DNA from: Candidatus Hydrogenedentota bacterium
GTDB taxonomy: Bacteria; Hydrogenedentota; Hydrogenedentia; Hydrogenedentales; SLHB01
Length of the DNA stretch: 64,000 nucleotides
Reading direction: 5' to 3'
Assembly: GCA_963668025.2 (NCBI GenBank)
Contig: CAXXTH010000017.1
Span: 608,001 to 672,000 of the forward strand
In this document: one piece after another, positions 1-9,454 of the stretch
Layout of the letters: each line of letters starts with the position of its first letter
Numbering within the stretch: the first letter of the stretch is position 1
The notes under the pieces: generated by a model
Told to the model about the DNA's origin: nothing
Databases searched by the model: none
The model's input: the letters and a program-made list of their open reading frames with translations, nothing else
Program-made: the position numbers and the translations under genes

Positions 1-718
1 TCCATACGCCGAGATGATACTGCGACACCCCCAAGGCCGCACGGGGGCACGAGGTGAGCACTTCCGCGATCGTGTGGCTTTCCGTCACGGGGACCACCGT
101 GTCCCCTTCCCACTTGTGCAAGGTGTACATATATTGGGAAGTGCGTTCTTGCACTTTCAGCGGCTGGACATATAAGTGCGAATCATGCCGGTATACTTCG
201 ATGAGAATCTGGGTCGTTTCGGTGATGGGCGTCATCGCGTAGGGCGAATGGGTGTTGCGCATGAGGGCGAAATACGCGATGGTCTCGAAATCATACAGAT
301 ATGGGCAGGTGAGCTGGAAAAAATTTCCCACCATCTGGTCGCTATACCAGTCCGCCGTCAGATCCGATAAGCTGTCGAATACGAAATACGCGCCCCGCCC
401 TGCTCGCGCGATAGTGCCCCGAATGCCGTCCAGAAACGTCTCAAAACCCGCCTGAGGATCCAGATTGACCACGTTGAAACCAATATTATCCGCGATTAAT
501 GGGGCATGGCGCGCAAACCGGAAATAGTACATCTTACGGTCTATGTGCAGTTTCGCGCGCTGGCGCAAAGCATAATCGACAAAAGGCGAAACAAACGCGG
601 CGTAGTCTTCCGTGGACGCCACCTGCCAAACCACATTGTCCCCCGGAATCAGGCCACACAAGACTTGATCCAAAGCGGGGATGCCCGTGCTGGGAGAGGG
701 AAGAGACGGCTTCATCAT
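1..718 (-). CDS. 5' part (runs off the window) of a PEP/pyruvate-binding (PEP synthase/PPDK-like) domain protein with an N-terminal KaiC/RecA-like region
   Basis: Not in the ORF track. Manual translation of the minus strand from ATG 718 (GAGG RBS upstream) is open to the window edge: MMKPSLPSPSTGIPALDQVLCGLIPGDNVVWQVAS...YFRFARHAPLI...YFVFDSLSDLTADWYSDQMVGNFFQLTCPYLYDFETIAYFAL. The family is recognised from memory; the C-terminal domain is outside the window. Confidence 0.75.
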   Translation of the reverse strand, partial: MMKPSLPSPSTGIPALDQVLCGLIPGDNVVWQVASTEDYAAFVSPFVDYALRQRAKLHIDRKMYYFRFARHAPLIADNIGFNVVNLDPQAGFETFLDGIRGTIARAGRGAYFVFDSLSDLTADWYSDQMVGNFFQLTCPYLYDFETIAYFALMRNTHSPYAMTPITETTQILIEVYRHDSHLYVQPLKVQERTSQYMYTLHKWEGDTVVPVTESHTIAEVLTSCPRAALGVSQYHLGVW

Positions 719-787
719 GTACCTCGCGTGTCCAATTTCGATTTCAAGAACAGTATGCCTTATTTACAACCAAATCTCCTCCCCCAA

Positions 788-814
788 ACCCTATACCCTA
801 TACCCTATACCCTA
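788..814. repeat. Short tandem repeat (CCCTATA) x ~3.7
   Basis: accctataccctataccctataccctac, immediately after the stop of the GT2 gene. Confidence 0.9.
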
Positions 815-815
815 C

Positions 816-1673
816 CTAATAGCGCTGATACCGCTGGACATGCTGGCAGCCCAGATATACACCCAGCGGCCGCACGAACGGGAACAGCCAGGCGGCGGGG
901 CCATCAAGGCGGCCATGCGCCGCTTCGCGCAGCCATTGGAGATAGACGCGCGGTGTGGCCAGATCGCGCAGGCAATCGAAAACCGAATATGGGAATCCCA
1001 GATCCCGCAACGCGGCCCCCTCGTTACGGCAGCGGATGGCGAGCATGTGCAAGGTGTACGTATGATGATGCAATACCGCCGCGTGGGCGGGAAACGCCAC
1101 GCGCAAACCTCCTGTTTCCAGCTTGAGCTGGAATTGGAAATCTTCCCCCAGAATCTGGGGCGTGAAATGAAACCGTTCCCACACCGAGCGCAACACCGCC
1201 GCATTAGCGAAAGACATACCGCGCCCATGCCGCGCCGCATATCGCCGCATTTCCCGGGTAAAGTAAAAATAGCCATTACGCTCCCAGGGAAATTGAGGAT
1301 ACGCACGCTCCGGATCAGGTGTGGATGGGCCGCACGAAGCGCCTACGCCCGTTTCTTGAAGCGGGCGAATCAGGTTTTCGAGCCAATCTTCGTGCGCCGG
1401 AATGGCGTCTTGCGACAGGCAAGCGATAATCTCGCCTTGAGAAGCGGCGAACAGCCGTTCCCGCGCCGCACCCCAATTGAATGGGCCGTCCTGCTCCAAC
1501 ACCCGCGCGCCATGCTGCGCCAGCAAGCGCGGCGTGCCGTCCGTCGAACCGGAATCCAGGGCGATGATCTCGAGCGGACGCGCCGGTCGCTGGGCGCGCA
1601 CGGCCTCCAGGAGCCGCGCGAGCAACGCGCCCCCATTCCAGGTGGCTAAGGCTATCGTGACGCTGGGATGCAT
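816..1673 (-). CDS. Glycosyltransferase family 2 (rhamnosyltransferase-like)
   Basis: IALATWNG, LDSGSTDGT, CLSQDA (DXD-like) and GEDFQF motifs. Confidence 0.88.
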   Translation of the reverse strand: MHPSVTIALATWNGGALLARLLEAVRAQRPARPLEIIALDSGSTDGTPRLLAQHGARVLEQDGPFNWGAARERLFAASQGEIIACLSQDAIPAHEDWLENLIRPLQETGVGASCGPSTPDPERAYPQFPWERNGYFYFTREMRRYAARHGRGMSFANAAVLRSVWERFHFTPQILGEDFQFQLKLETGGLRVAFPAHAAVLHHHTYTLHMLAIRCRNEGAALRDLGFPYSVFDCLRDLATPRVYLQWLREAAHGRLDGPAAWLFPFVRPLGVYLGCQHVQRYQRY

Positions 1674-1694
1674 AGGCTCACGAGATCGATTTTT

Positions 1695-1723
1695 GCCACA
1701 GAAAGCACAAGATACACAAAAAG
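1695..1723. repeat. Degenerate 3 x 9-bp intergenic repeat arm (CACAGAAAG-CACAAGATA-CACAAAAAG)
   Basis: Same arm type occurs as an inverted pair at 32187-32250. Confidence 0.6.
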
Positions 1724-1727
1724 AACC

Positions 1728-2459
1728 TTACAAATGCTTAGCCGAATCGGGCAACGTGGATTCATATTGCTGGAGCACTTCTTCCGTCTCGCCGGACGCT
1801 TTCACGACGCCATTCTCGATCCATACCGCCCGGTTGCACATGCGCCGGACTTGCAGCGCATGATGCGACACAAACACAATCGTGCTTTCATGGGAGCGGA
1901 TGCGCTCGTTCATGGCATGGAACGATTTTTCGCGGAACGCGATGTCTCCCACGCCCGTCACTTCATCCACCAACAGCACATCCGGCTCGACTTGGAACGC
2001 CACGGCAAACGCCAGCCGCGAACGCATGCCCGAAGAATAGGTCGAGATGGGCTGCTCGAAGAAATCGCCCAATTCAGAGAATGCCAGAATGTCATCGAGC
2101 CTGGACTCGATATCACGTTTCTTCATCCCTAAAAACATGCCGCCGAGAATGGCGTTCTCGCGTCCCGACAGATAATCAAGAAATCCCAGCGACAACGTCA
2201 GCAAGGAAACACTCACGCCATTATTGATGAATACGCCCTTGTCCGGGCTCATCACCCCGGCGAGGATGCGCAGCAAGGTCGTTTTACCCACGCCGTTGCG
2301 GCCCACCACGCCCAGCGAGTCGCCCCGGTATAAATCGAATGATACATCCTTAAGCGCCCAATACACGCGCCGTTTGAACAGCCCGCCCTTCAGCCAGTAA
2401 TACATGCCCACATGCTGCATCGAGAGCAGGGGCTGTTCCTCCTCTGTATGATGGATCAT
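1728..2459 (-). CDS. wzt: Polysaccharide ABC exporter ATP-binding subunit (Wzt/KpsT-like, no C-terminal extension)
   Basis: WALKDVSF, Walker A GRNGVGKT, YSSGM signature, Walker B LLVDE. The start at 2459 overlaps the wzm stop (ATGA). Confidence 0.92.
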   Translation of the reverse strand: MIHHTEEEQPLLSMQHVGMYYWLKGGLFKRRVYWALKDVSFDLYRGDSLGVVGRNGVGKTTLLRILAGVMSPDKGVFINNGVSVSLLTLSLGFLDYLSGRENAILGGMFLGMKKRDIESRLDDILAFSELGDFFEQPISTYSSGMRSRLAFAVAFQVEPDVLLVDEVTGVGDIAFREKSFHAMNERIRSHESTIVFVSHHALQVRRMCNRAVWIENGVVKASGETEEVLQQYESTLPDSAKHL

Positions 2460-3235
2460 GACGTGACCCTTTTTGCATAAATTTTCTCGAAACGTGAAAT
2501 AAGCCATGCGCCTATGTAGATGAAGACTAAAGAAGCGGCCACCGTGATACCAAGGCTTTGCATATCCGGCCAGCGCTCGTTGATCAAGATATCCCGCATG
2601 CCTGTGATAACCGTGACCATCGGATTGAGCAGCACCCAAGGCCGGTATTTTTCCGGATAACTCTCAATAGTGTAAAACACGCACGACAAAAAGAACATGA
2701 TGCGCAGCACATATTCCACCAATTTAGCCACATCGGGTATAAACGGCACTATGGCGCATAACGGAAGCGTCACTCCCATGATCAACAATAATTCTATCAG
2801 CAGCAACCCGGGCAGCGCCGCCATATAGGCATCGGGCGTGAAGCCAAAAAGCGCCAGTACAAAAAACAACACCAATAAGCTGAAGAAGAACTGAAGCGTG
2901 GAATTGAGAATCACGCACAAAGGAAAAATAATTTTCGGGAACGCCACCTGGCGCACAAACGGCATGCTTCGCAAAATAGATGTGTTGGTGCTCAATATGG
3001 TCGAAGAAAACCACTGCCACGCCACCACGCCCACCGCCAAATTCGGGATATAATTCTCTCCGCCCCGCTTAAAAATCAACCCGAAGACCAGATAATACAC
3101 CCCGATGTTAATCAACGGCTGAATCACCCACCACAGAATGCCCAGATAGGTGCGCTGGCCATCCGCCCGGAAATCCGCCCAGGCCTTATGTAAAATCAGA
3201 TTCCGATAGGGAAACACATTTATGCAATTGAACAT
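2456..3235 (-). CDS. wzm: Polysaccharide ABC exporter permease (Wzm, ABC-2 type)
   Basis: Six hydrophobic segments, LGILWWVIQPL and LLNPM motifs; translationally coupled to the ATPase. Confidence 0.9.
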   Translation of the reverse strand: MFNCINVFPYRNLILHKAWADFRADGQRTYLGILWWVIQPLINIGVYYLVFGLIFKRGGENYIPNLAVGVVAWQWFSSTILSTNTSILRSMPFVRQVAFPKIIFPLCVILNSTLQFFFSLLVLFFVLALFGFTPDAYMAALPGLLLIELLLIMGVTLPLCAIVPFIPDVAKLVEYVLRIMFFLSCVFYTIESYPEKYRPWVLLNPMVTVITGMRDILINERWPDMQSLGITVAASLVFIYIGAWLISRFEKIYAKRVTS

Positions 3236-3415
3236 GTAAATTTAGCCCGCCTAATGACATACGCCAGAAGAAACTCCGCCATTGTAGGAGCGCTTCATAC
3301 AGAATGCAACCTGGCCCGGAACTGTTTCCGTGTCCATCGCCACACCTGGATCCCCCTATGCTAATCGCCAAATAAAGTAGCAGATAGCAACAAACAGTAA
3401 TAAACAACAAATAAC

Positions 3416-3444
3416 TTGACGTATTCCAGGCAAGCCGATATAAT
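3416..3444 (+). promoter_or_regulatory. sigma70-type promoter
   Basis: TTGACG-N17-TATAAT, 42 nt upstream of ATG 3487 with an AGGAG RBS. Confidence 0.8.
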
Positions 3445-3486
3445 CCATCCAACGGAAGCGGAAGCCATCACCACAAGGAGCGGGCC

Positions 3487-4218
3487 ATGGATGCAACGGA
3501 ACGCCAATCATCATCCCACATACTGGCGTATATGGATGGCATGCTGCGCCATCGGGAAGACTATTTTAGTGAGATCTTTGAAAACCGGAATATCCTGAAA
3601 CACTTGGCGTTGCTGCTCGGCATTATCATCAGCCTGTCGGCATTTTATGGATTCGTGATGGGCGCATCGAGTGGATGGTCTCAGATGCTGGCCTCCGCCA
3701 TCAAGGTTCCCGTGTTGTACCTGCTGACGATCCTTGTTTGTTATCCCGTACTGTACGTGGTCATCGTCATCATGGGGTCGCGACTGAGCTTTTTGCAGAC
3801 CTTGTGTTTGATCCTCTTGGCCTTGGGCCTGAACGCCGTGCTGCTCGCCAGTTGCGCGCCGATTATTTTTTTCTTCACCGTCACGGGAGCCAACTATCAT
3901 TTTCTGAAGCTCCTGAATGTAGCCATATTCGCGTTCGGCGGATGCTGGGGCATGCTGGGCCTCTGGCGCGGCTTAGTGGCCATGTGCGAACAATCGGATT
4001 TATATCCGCGCCAGGCGGTGCGCATCTTGCAGATATGGCTGCTCGTGTTCGCCTTCGTGGGCATGCAAATGACATGGTGCCTGCGGCCTTTCGTGGGAAA
4101 TCCCGAGATGGAATTTCAGATCTTCCGCGCACAGCACGGCAATTTCTATGAAGATGTGGTCAAATCAGCGGTGCAGTTGGTGGAAGGCGCGGTTTCACCA
4201 CCCAAGACATCCGTCTGA
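3487..4218 (+). CDS. Conserved multi-pass membrane protein of unknown function
   Basis: 243 aa, ~6 TM segments, C-terminal FVGMQMTWCLRPFVG motif, good RBS. Confidence 0.8.
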   Translation: MDATERQSSSHILAYMDGMLRHREDYFSEIFENRNILKHLALLLGIIISLSAFYGFVMGASSGWSQMLASAIKVPVLYLLTILVCYPVLYVVIVIMGSRLSFLQTLCLILLALGLNAVLLASCAPIIFFFTVTGANYHFLKLLNVAIFAFGGCWGMLGLWRGLVAMCEQSDLYPRQAVRILQIWLLVFAFVGMQMTWCLRPFVGNPEMEFQIFRAQHGNFYEDVVKSAVQLVEGAVSPPKTSV

Positions 4219-4247
4219 TCCGTCCGATCCGTCCGATCCGCCCGATC
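4209..4247. repeat. Tandem 9-bp repeat (ATCCGTCCG) x ~4 overlapping a stop codon
   Basis: atccgtctgatccgtccgatccgtccgatccgcccgatc. Confidence 0.85.
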
Positions 4248-4274
4248 AATCATTTCTCGAAAGCGAGGTGCCAC

Positions 4275-4694
4275 ATGATCGCTAAAACGATTCGGAAGCA
4301 TAGAGGCTGGCGCATCCTATTTTTTGCAGGCTGTGGGTTGTCAGCTATAGCGGTCAGTTTGCTGATCGGCGCAGGCCTTTGGATTCACCATGACGTGGCG
4401 GTTATCGTACACGAAGCGCAAGCCATGCATCCCGGCAACCGCATCGAGGCCCTGGCGGCCTTGGCCGAAACCAACATAGCTCCTCTAGACCAGCGAAACC
4501 GGGCGATCTGGGCTTTAGGCCAGTTAGCGGATTCTCGCGCGTTGCCCGCGCTGGAACGGCTTCAAACGCATCAAGCTTGTGATCATGCACACCAGGTTTG
4601 CCAATATGAACTGGAGAAAGCAATAGGCTTTTGTGCGGGAACGCGCATCCAGTTATTCGCGAAACTCTTGCACGGAGGAGAAACGCATCCATGA
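4275..4694 (+). CDS. Membrane-anchored HEAT-repeat protein
   Basis: N-terminal TM helix; RNRAIWALGQLADSRALPAL HEAT motif; C-terminal CxH...CQYELEKAI. Confidence 0.75.
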   Translation: MIAKTIRKHRGWRILFFAGCGLSAIAVSLLIGAGLWIHHDVAVIVHEAQAMHPGNRIEALAALAETNIAPLDQRNRAIWALGQLADSRALPALERLQTHQACDHAHQVCQYELEKAIGFCAGTRIQLFAKLLHGGETHP

Positions 4695-5026
4695 AGCGAT
4701 TTTTTTGCATTGGTGCTGCCATGTTGTTCATAGACTGGTTGCTTGGCTGGGGATGCGCAGCGGACATCCTGCCATCATGGTTGTTTTTTCTGGCCAATAT
4801 CCCCTTTGGTGCAGCATATGTGTGGATGGAATCACACTGGACCGGCGCGAATTATGAAATCCTCATATGGGGCCATCGCTTTTCGGATCTGGATTCGCTG
4901 GCTTTATGGGCAGCCGTCGTATTCTTGCAAACGGGAGTTTATTACTTTTTGCTGCGCTGGTGGAGCAGATGGCATGGCCGTCCCGGCCATGCGCATGGGC
5001 GGGACGCCCATGCTACGAGAGGATAA
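4691..5026 (+). CDS. Small membrane protein; C-terminal codons are supplied by a REP-like repeat
   Basis: ATG 4691 overlaps the upstream stop, GGAGGA RBS, 3 hydrophobic segments. Confidence 0.65.
   Translation: MKRFFCIGAAMLFIDWLLGWGCAADILPSWLFFLANIPFGAAYVWMESHWTGANYEILIWGHRFSDLDSLALWAAVVFLQTGVYYFLLRWWSRWHGRPGHAHGRDAHATRG
4970..5016. repeat. GTAG-type REP doublet (REPIN-like)
   Basis: TGGCATGGCCGTCCCGGCCATG-CG-CATGGGCGGGACGCCCATGCTAC; a second copy lies at 17499-17545. Confidence 0.75.
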
Positions 5027-5030
5027 TAGG

Positions 5031-5321
5031 ATGTCCAACCAAGACATCATGACCATCGAGGATGTGGCGAAGTACCTCAAGCTCAAACCGCAGACGGTGT
5101 ATAAATGGGCGCAAGACGGCCAGATCCCCGGCACGAAGCTGGGCAAGGAATGGCGGTTCCGGCGCAGCCTCATCGACGAGTGGATTGATACCTCCATTGC
5201 CCTCTCCAAGGCGGGATTCGATTTGCTCCACCAGCAAAGCCTGCTGGATGTCCGCCGCTCCGGCGTATCAGCGGCGGACGTGGAGCGCTTGTTGCAGGAG
5301 TTGGACCGTGGAGGACAGTGA
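5031..5321 (+). CDS. Excisionase-like HTH (HTH_17) protein, probable antitoxin/regulator
   Basis: MTIEDVAKYLKLKPQTVYKWAQDGQIPGTKLGKEWRFRRSLIDEWI; GAGGA RBS. Confidence 0.85.
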   Translation: MSNQDIMTIEDVAKYLKLKPQTVYKWAQDGQIPGTKLGKEWRFRRSLIDEWIDTSIALSKAGFDLLHQQSLLDVRRSGVSAADVERLLQELDRGGQ

Positions 5322-5709
5322 ATCGCACCTCCCGCGCGTTGTCCTCGGGCCAGATGTGCTGGCAGGGAGTTTCTTCGATGTGGACTGCCTGGCCGTGCTC
5401 GAATGGTGGCGCGACGGCAACGCACGCCTGGTGGTGACGCGCGGCTTGCTGTCGGCGTATCTGGGCGTTCTGCGGTCGATGGGCATATCCGATGGCCTGC
5501 TGCGGCGGTGGGCACTCTGGTTCACTTCGCGAGATACCGCCGACACGCATATGGATGCATCCGCCCCAACCATAACCGCTTGCCTCGAACAGGCCGCAGC
5601 CTACGAAACCTGCTGCATCATCGTGAATCATCCCGCTTGGCGGGATGCGCTATCACTCGATAGGCAGGTCTATTCCGCCCGCGCCTTCATGACGGAACAG
5701 ATCCGCTAA
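5308..5709 (+). CDS. Degenerate PIN-domain (VapC-like) protein
   Basis: GTG 5308 with AGGAG RBS overlaps the HTH gene. RVVLGPDVLAGSFF...LVVTRGLLSAYLGVL...IIVNH...VYSARAFM follows the PIN layout but lacks the first Asp. Confidence 0.55.
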   Translation: MEDSESHLPRVVLGPDVLAGSFFDVDCLAVLEWWRDGNARLVVTRGLLSAYLGVLRSMGISDGLLRRWALWFTSRDTADTHMDASAPTITACLEQAAAYETCCIIVNHPAWRDALSLDRQVYSARAFMTEQIR

Positions 5710-5870
5710 TGACGGCATCCTTTTCCTCCCATCACCTTCGCTGATACGTGATTTCTGGCGCGGCATTGACTTACCACGACTTTTCTTACTAGGATAACGC
5801 GCCTTCCGTCCCCGTATCGCGGGAATGGAAGGAGGATATGCGCCGTTTACGCAACAGAATGGACTGTCAT

Positions 5871-6374
5871 GTGAACGAGCCAAGATATCGACATATGCAT
5901 CTCTGGCGCGCCAGGGGATTTACCCTCGCGGAAGTGATGGTCGCGTTGGCGGTTATATCCGTAGCCGTCACGATTGGCATCACGCTCTACAGTGCCGCCG
6001 CGACAATCGGCCAAAACACCCGTAGCGCCCAAGCGGCTTCGACGCTTGCCGTGGAAGCGCTGGCAGCTCTCCGAAACCATCCCCATGACTATGTATGGCC
6101 CGCATTGCAAACAGGCGAACAAGTAGAAATCAAAGCGCGCAGTGGCGAACAGGCATGCAGCGCGCCCTCTGTATTGCCAATTGAACCGCGCGCAAACCGC
6201 CGGGAAGCGGCATTCTACACGCGCTGCGCCTGGCAGGCATACGCGCGGCTGCCGGAAGAACATGCGCCTTATATGGAGCTTGCCATCGTGATTCGATGGA
6301 ACGCCGCCGGACAGGCGCGGGCGTTCACACTCACCACTCTCGCGCCACGCGCCCTGGCGGAAGGAGGCGCATGA
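5871..6374 (+). CDS. Prepilin-type pseudopilin (GspI/PilV-like)
   Basis: RG|FTLAEVMVALAVI class III signal; start uncertain (5838/5871/5895). Confidence 0.82.
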   Translation: MNEPRYRHMHLWRARGFTLAEVMVALAVISVAVTIGITLYSAAATIGQNTRSAQAASTLAVEALAALRNHPHDYVWPALQTGEQVEIKARSGEQACSAPSVLPIEPRANRREAAFYTRCAWQAYARLPEEHAPYMELAIVIRWNAAGQARAFTLTTLAPRALAEGGA

Positions 6375-7003
6375 TGCGCACCCCGTTGAAACAGCGCGGC
6401 TTCAGCCTGGTGGAGCTTATCATCGCGATTGGCATTCTAGGCGTGGTGTCCACCATTGGCGCAGTCATGTTCATCCGCATGTCTGATTTGTGGGGCGGCA
6501 TGCTCCATCGTGTAGACCTCGATATTACGGCGGATAATGCGTTCGACACGATTGGACGGGATGTGCGGGGATTGCTCCCGCTTGGGCTGGCGGATAAGCC
6601 GTTCACAGGAATCCGTGGAGATAGCGAAAGTGAAGGCGGGCCTTCCTTCGCTTGTGACCAGTTTTCCTTTCCTGTGCGGATGTGGGTGAGGCAGCCCAGT
6701 GAACCGCCTCTTGAAACAGTGGGCCTTGCCACCTATGCGCTGGACCGGGAAAGCCATTCGCTGATCCGCACGCTCACGCCTGTATCCGCGTCCGATTCGG
6801 AGGGCCAGCGTACGCTCATCGCCGCAGGCGTATCGAGTTTTCGCGTGGAATATGATCCAGGGCCAGGCGGAGCGGGATGGCTGCCGGAATGGAAAGAAAG
6901 CCGCCTGCCCCGCGCCATCCGCGTGAGCATAGTCCTGATGAATCCCGATCCGCCGAACGAACAAATCGCCCGCAAAGCGGTGTTCCCCGTGGAGGCCGAG
7001 TGA
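6371..7003 (+). CDS. Prepilin-type pseudopilin (GspJ-like)
   Basis: RG|FSLVELIIAIGIL; C-terminal W..EW...LPRAIRVSI; AGGAGG RBS. Confidence 0.85.
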   Translation: MMRTPLKQRGFSLVELIIAIGILGVVSTIGAVMFIRMSDLWGGMLHRVDLDITADNAFDTIGRDVRGLLPLGLADKPFTGIRGDSESEGGPSFACDQFSFPVRMWVRQPSEPPLETVGLATYALDRESHSLIRTLTPVSASDSEGQRTLIAAGVSSFRVEYDPGPGGAGWLPEWKESRLPRAIRVSIVLMNPDPPNEQIARKAVFPVEAE

Positions 7004-7004
7004 T

Positions 7005-7985
7005 ATGCGCGATGTGTTTCGCATATACAGACGGAAAACCGATGAACGCGGGATGGCGCTCATCGCGGCGTTGGCGCTGCTGGTGGTGTTCTCGCTGCTC
7101 GGAGCGGCGTATGTGCGTTCCATGATGCTCGAAATGGACCGCACCAATATGCTCGCCGCCCAATTGCGCGCGCGCGAAGCAGCGGCGGCGGGGGTGCGTG
7201 CGGCGATCTGCAAACTGGAAATGGCGGTGGCGGCCCACGAGGCGGAGGCGCTGCTGGCGCAGCCGTTGAACTTCGATTTGCCTGGATACGCGGCGGATGC
7301 ACAGGGCGGTCTTACCCCGTCATCAAATTGGAAGGTGTCGGTGGAAGCCGTTCTAAGCGATGAAAGCGCACGGCTGAATCTGAATCATGCCCCATCAAGC
7401 GTGCTGGCGCTGGCCTTGGGGATTGACGGGGAAAAGGCCCGCGCGCTCGCCGCTTCGCTGCCACGGGCGGGCGCATCAGGCGAAGGCGCATGGCTCACCA
7501 GCCCGGATGAATTGGTCTTGCGGGGCATTCTCACGCCGGAAACCTATCAGCACCTGAATCCCAATTGGTTCACGGTATACACGGTCCCGGAGCCCGCCCA
7601 GCCTGCGGCATGGTTCAATGTCAACGGCGCACCCCCAGAGTTGCTGGCGGCGGTGCTTCATATCACCCCGGAAGCGGCGCAAGCCGTGGTCCGCGCCCGG
7701 CCCTTCATAAACGTGGCCCAACTGGCGCAAGCAGCAGGGAAAGAGCCTTCGACGTTCGGCCTCAAACCCGATGAAGCCAGCCCGGATGGCTTGCCCGCCG
7801 CGCTGGCGTTCGAGCCAGTAAGCTTCCGCATCCAATGCCGCGCCTCGGCGGCATATACCGGTGGAAGCGCCTCCGCCAAAGCGCAGGCGGAAGCCGTCGT
7901 TTGTTTTAACAATCGGAAAGAACCAGCGATTACGTATTGGAATGAATCCTCGCTGGACGGTGAGGCCGCTGAGAAGCGCATGTAG
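7005..7985 (+). CDS. gspK: Type II secretion minor pseudopilin GspK-like
   Basis: RG|MALIAALALL; DESARLNLN and FNVNGAPPELLAA motifs typical of GspK. Confidence 0.8.
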   Translation: MRDVFRIYRRKTDERGMALIAALALLVVFSLLGAAYVRSMMLEMDRTNMLAAQLRAREAAAAGVRAAICKLEMAVAAHEAEALLAQPLNFDLPGYAADAQGGLTPSSNWKVSVEAVLSDESARLNLNHAPSSVLALALGIDGEKARALAASLPRAGASGEGAWLTSPDELVLRGILTPETYQHLNPNWFTVYTVPEPAQPAAWFNVNGAPPELLAAVLHITPEAAQAVVRARPFINVAQLAQAAGKEPSTFGLKPDEASPDGLPAALAFEPVSFRIQCRASAAYTGGSASAKAQAEAVVCFNNRKEPAITYWNESSLDGEAAEKRM

Positions 7986-8022
7986 CCGGAACCAGCGTTG
8001 GTGAAATGGAGGTAGTGCAATC

Positions 8023-9261
8023 ATGCCCGAACAATCGTCTGAAGGCGAAATCAAGCGCGTCCGGCGCACTCCCGCGAAGCGCGCCGCCAAGAAGCTCGAT
8101 ATCACCGCGCAAGAAGAAACGCCGTTCACGCCATCCATTGACCCCGCCGCCCCTGTCCCGGCAGGATTCTGGGCCACCCAATTTTCGTTAGGCATCCGTG
8201 AAAGCGATATCCTGATTTTTCTGCGCCAGCTCATTTTACTGGTCGAGGCGGGAACGCCGCTGCTCAAGAGCCTGCATACGCTCGCGGCGCGCAGTGAGCG
8301 GCCCGCGTTGCGCGGCCTGGTTTCAGACATGGCTCAATTCGTCGAAATGGGCAATCCGTTATGGCAGGCCTTCGCCCGCCACCGGCGCTATTTCGACACG
8401 GTATTCGTGAATCTCGTCAAAGCCAGCGAGGCCAGCGGTACGCTGCTCACCGTCCTGAAACGGCTCACGGAATACCGGGAACGCCGGGTGCGCTTCGCGC
8501 GCCGGGTGCAAAGCGCCATGATCTACCCCATCATCGTGCTCGTGGCTTGCGCCGCCGTCGTGCTGCTCGTGGGCAAAGTCGTTCTTCCCACGCTCACCAC
8601 GAATGTGTTCGACAAGCTGGGAGCCCAAGTGCCCGCATTCACCAGCGGTTTCATTAGCACGGTCGCCTTTCTCACCAATAGTTGGGTGATTTTGCTTGGC
8701 TTCCTGCTGCTCGCGGGGCTAATCGCGCTTTATTATTATTGGGTGCGGAATCCGCTCAACCGGCTGCATATGGACCACCTCAAGCTGAGGCTCCCGTATG
8801 TGGGGCCGAATATCGTGCGCAAGAACGCCGTTGTCGAAATGACGCGCAGCTTGGGCCTTCTCCTGCGTAGCGGGCTTTCGATGATGACATGCCTAGAATT
8901 GACCCGCAGCGCGATTCGCAACCGCGCGGTGGCCCGCGTGCTGCAAGATGTCCTGGATTCCGTCGAGCGCGGGGAAGGATTCGAGCGGCCCTTGCGCGCC
9001 GTGCCGCATATCGTGCCGCCGGTAGTCACCGACATGCTTGTGACGGGTGAAGAGACCGGCCAGATCGACTCCATCGCGGAACACATCGCGGAAGCGTATG
9101 AAGAAGAAGTGAATGTCCACGTGAACACCCTGGCGGAACTCGTTCCGCCCGTCATCGCGGTGGTCATGGGCGGATTTGTGCTCGTGCTCGTATTGGCGGT
9201 ATTCCTGCCGCTGATCTCGATGATCAACCAGCTCAGCGCGGGCGCGGGAATGCCCATGTGA
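8023..9261 (+). CDS. Type II secretion/type IV pilus platform protein GspF/PilC
   Basis: FLRQL..LVEAGTPL, SEASGTL, SAMIYP, GEETGQID; two T2SSF repeats. Confidence 0.92.
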   Translation: MPEQSSEGEIKRVRRTPAKRAAKKLDITAQEETPFTPSIDPAAPVPAGFWATQFSLGIRESDILIFLRQLILLVEAGTPLLKSLHTLAARSERPALRGLVSDMAQFVEMGNPLWQAFARHRRYFDTVFVNLVKASEASGTLLTVLKRLTEYRERRVRFARRVQSAMIYPIIVLVACAAVVLLVGKVVLPTLTTNVFDKLGAQVPAFTSGFISTVAFLTNSWVILLGFLLLAGLIALYYYWVRNPLNRLHMDHLKLRLPYVGPNIVRKNAVVEMTRSLGLLLRSGLSMMTCLELTRSAIRNRAVARVLQDVLDSVERGEGFERPLRAVPHIVPPVVTDMLVTGEETGQIDSIAEHIAEAYEEEVNVHVNTLAELVPPVIAVVMGGFVLVLVLAVFLPLISMINQLSAGAGMPM

Positions 9262-9454
9262 TTGATGTTCTTGTGTAATACGTTAGCCAATTGAAGCAGT
9301 ATTTGATGGTTTTTGCCTTATTTATTGCACGAAACGGTATTGATACGCCATTCTTTTTCAGGGTGGGCCTTAATGTGTTGAAGTTCATATGAGGCCTGTG
9401 TATCATACCTGTGTGACCGGTGGTGGTATGTACTGATATACCGGATTTTGTTGC

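Noticed and set aside
506-1649. Long plus-strand ORFs (and similar antisense ORFs such as 22597-23589 and 46949-47860)
   Set aside because: Shadow frames opposite well-supported genes, common in GC-rich DNA.
788-4247. CRISPR array from the short repeats
   Set aside because: Units are 7-9 bp and contiguous with no unique spacers; no cas genes in the window.
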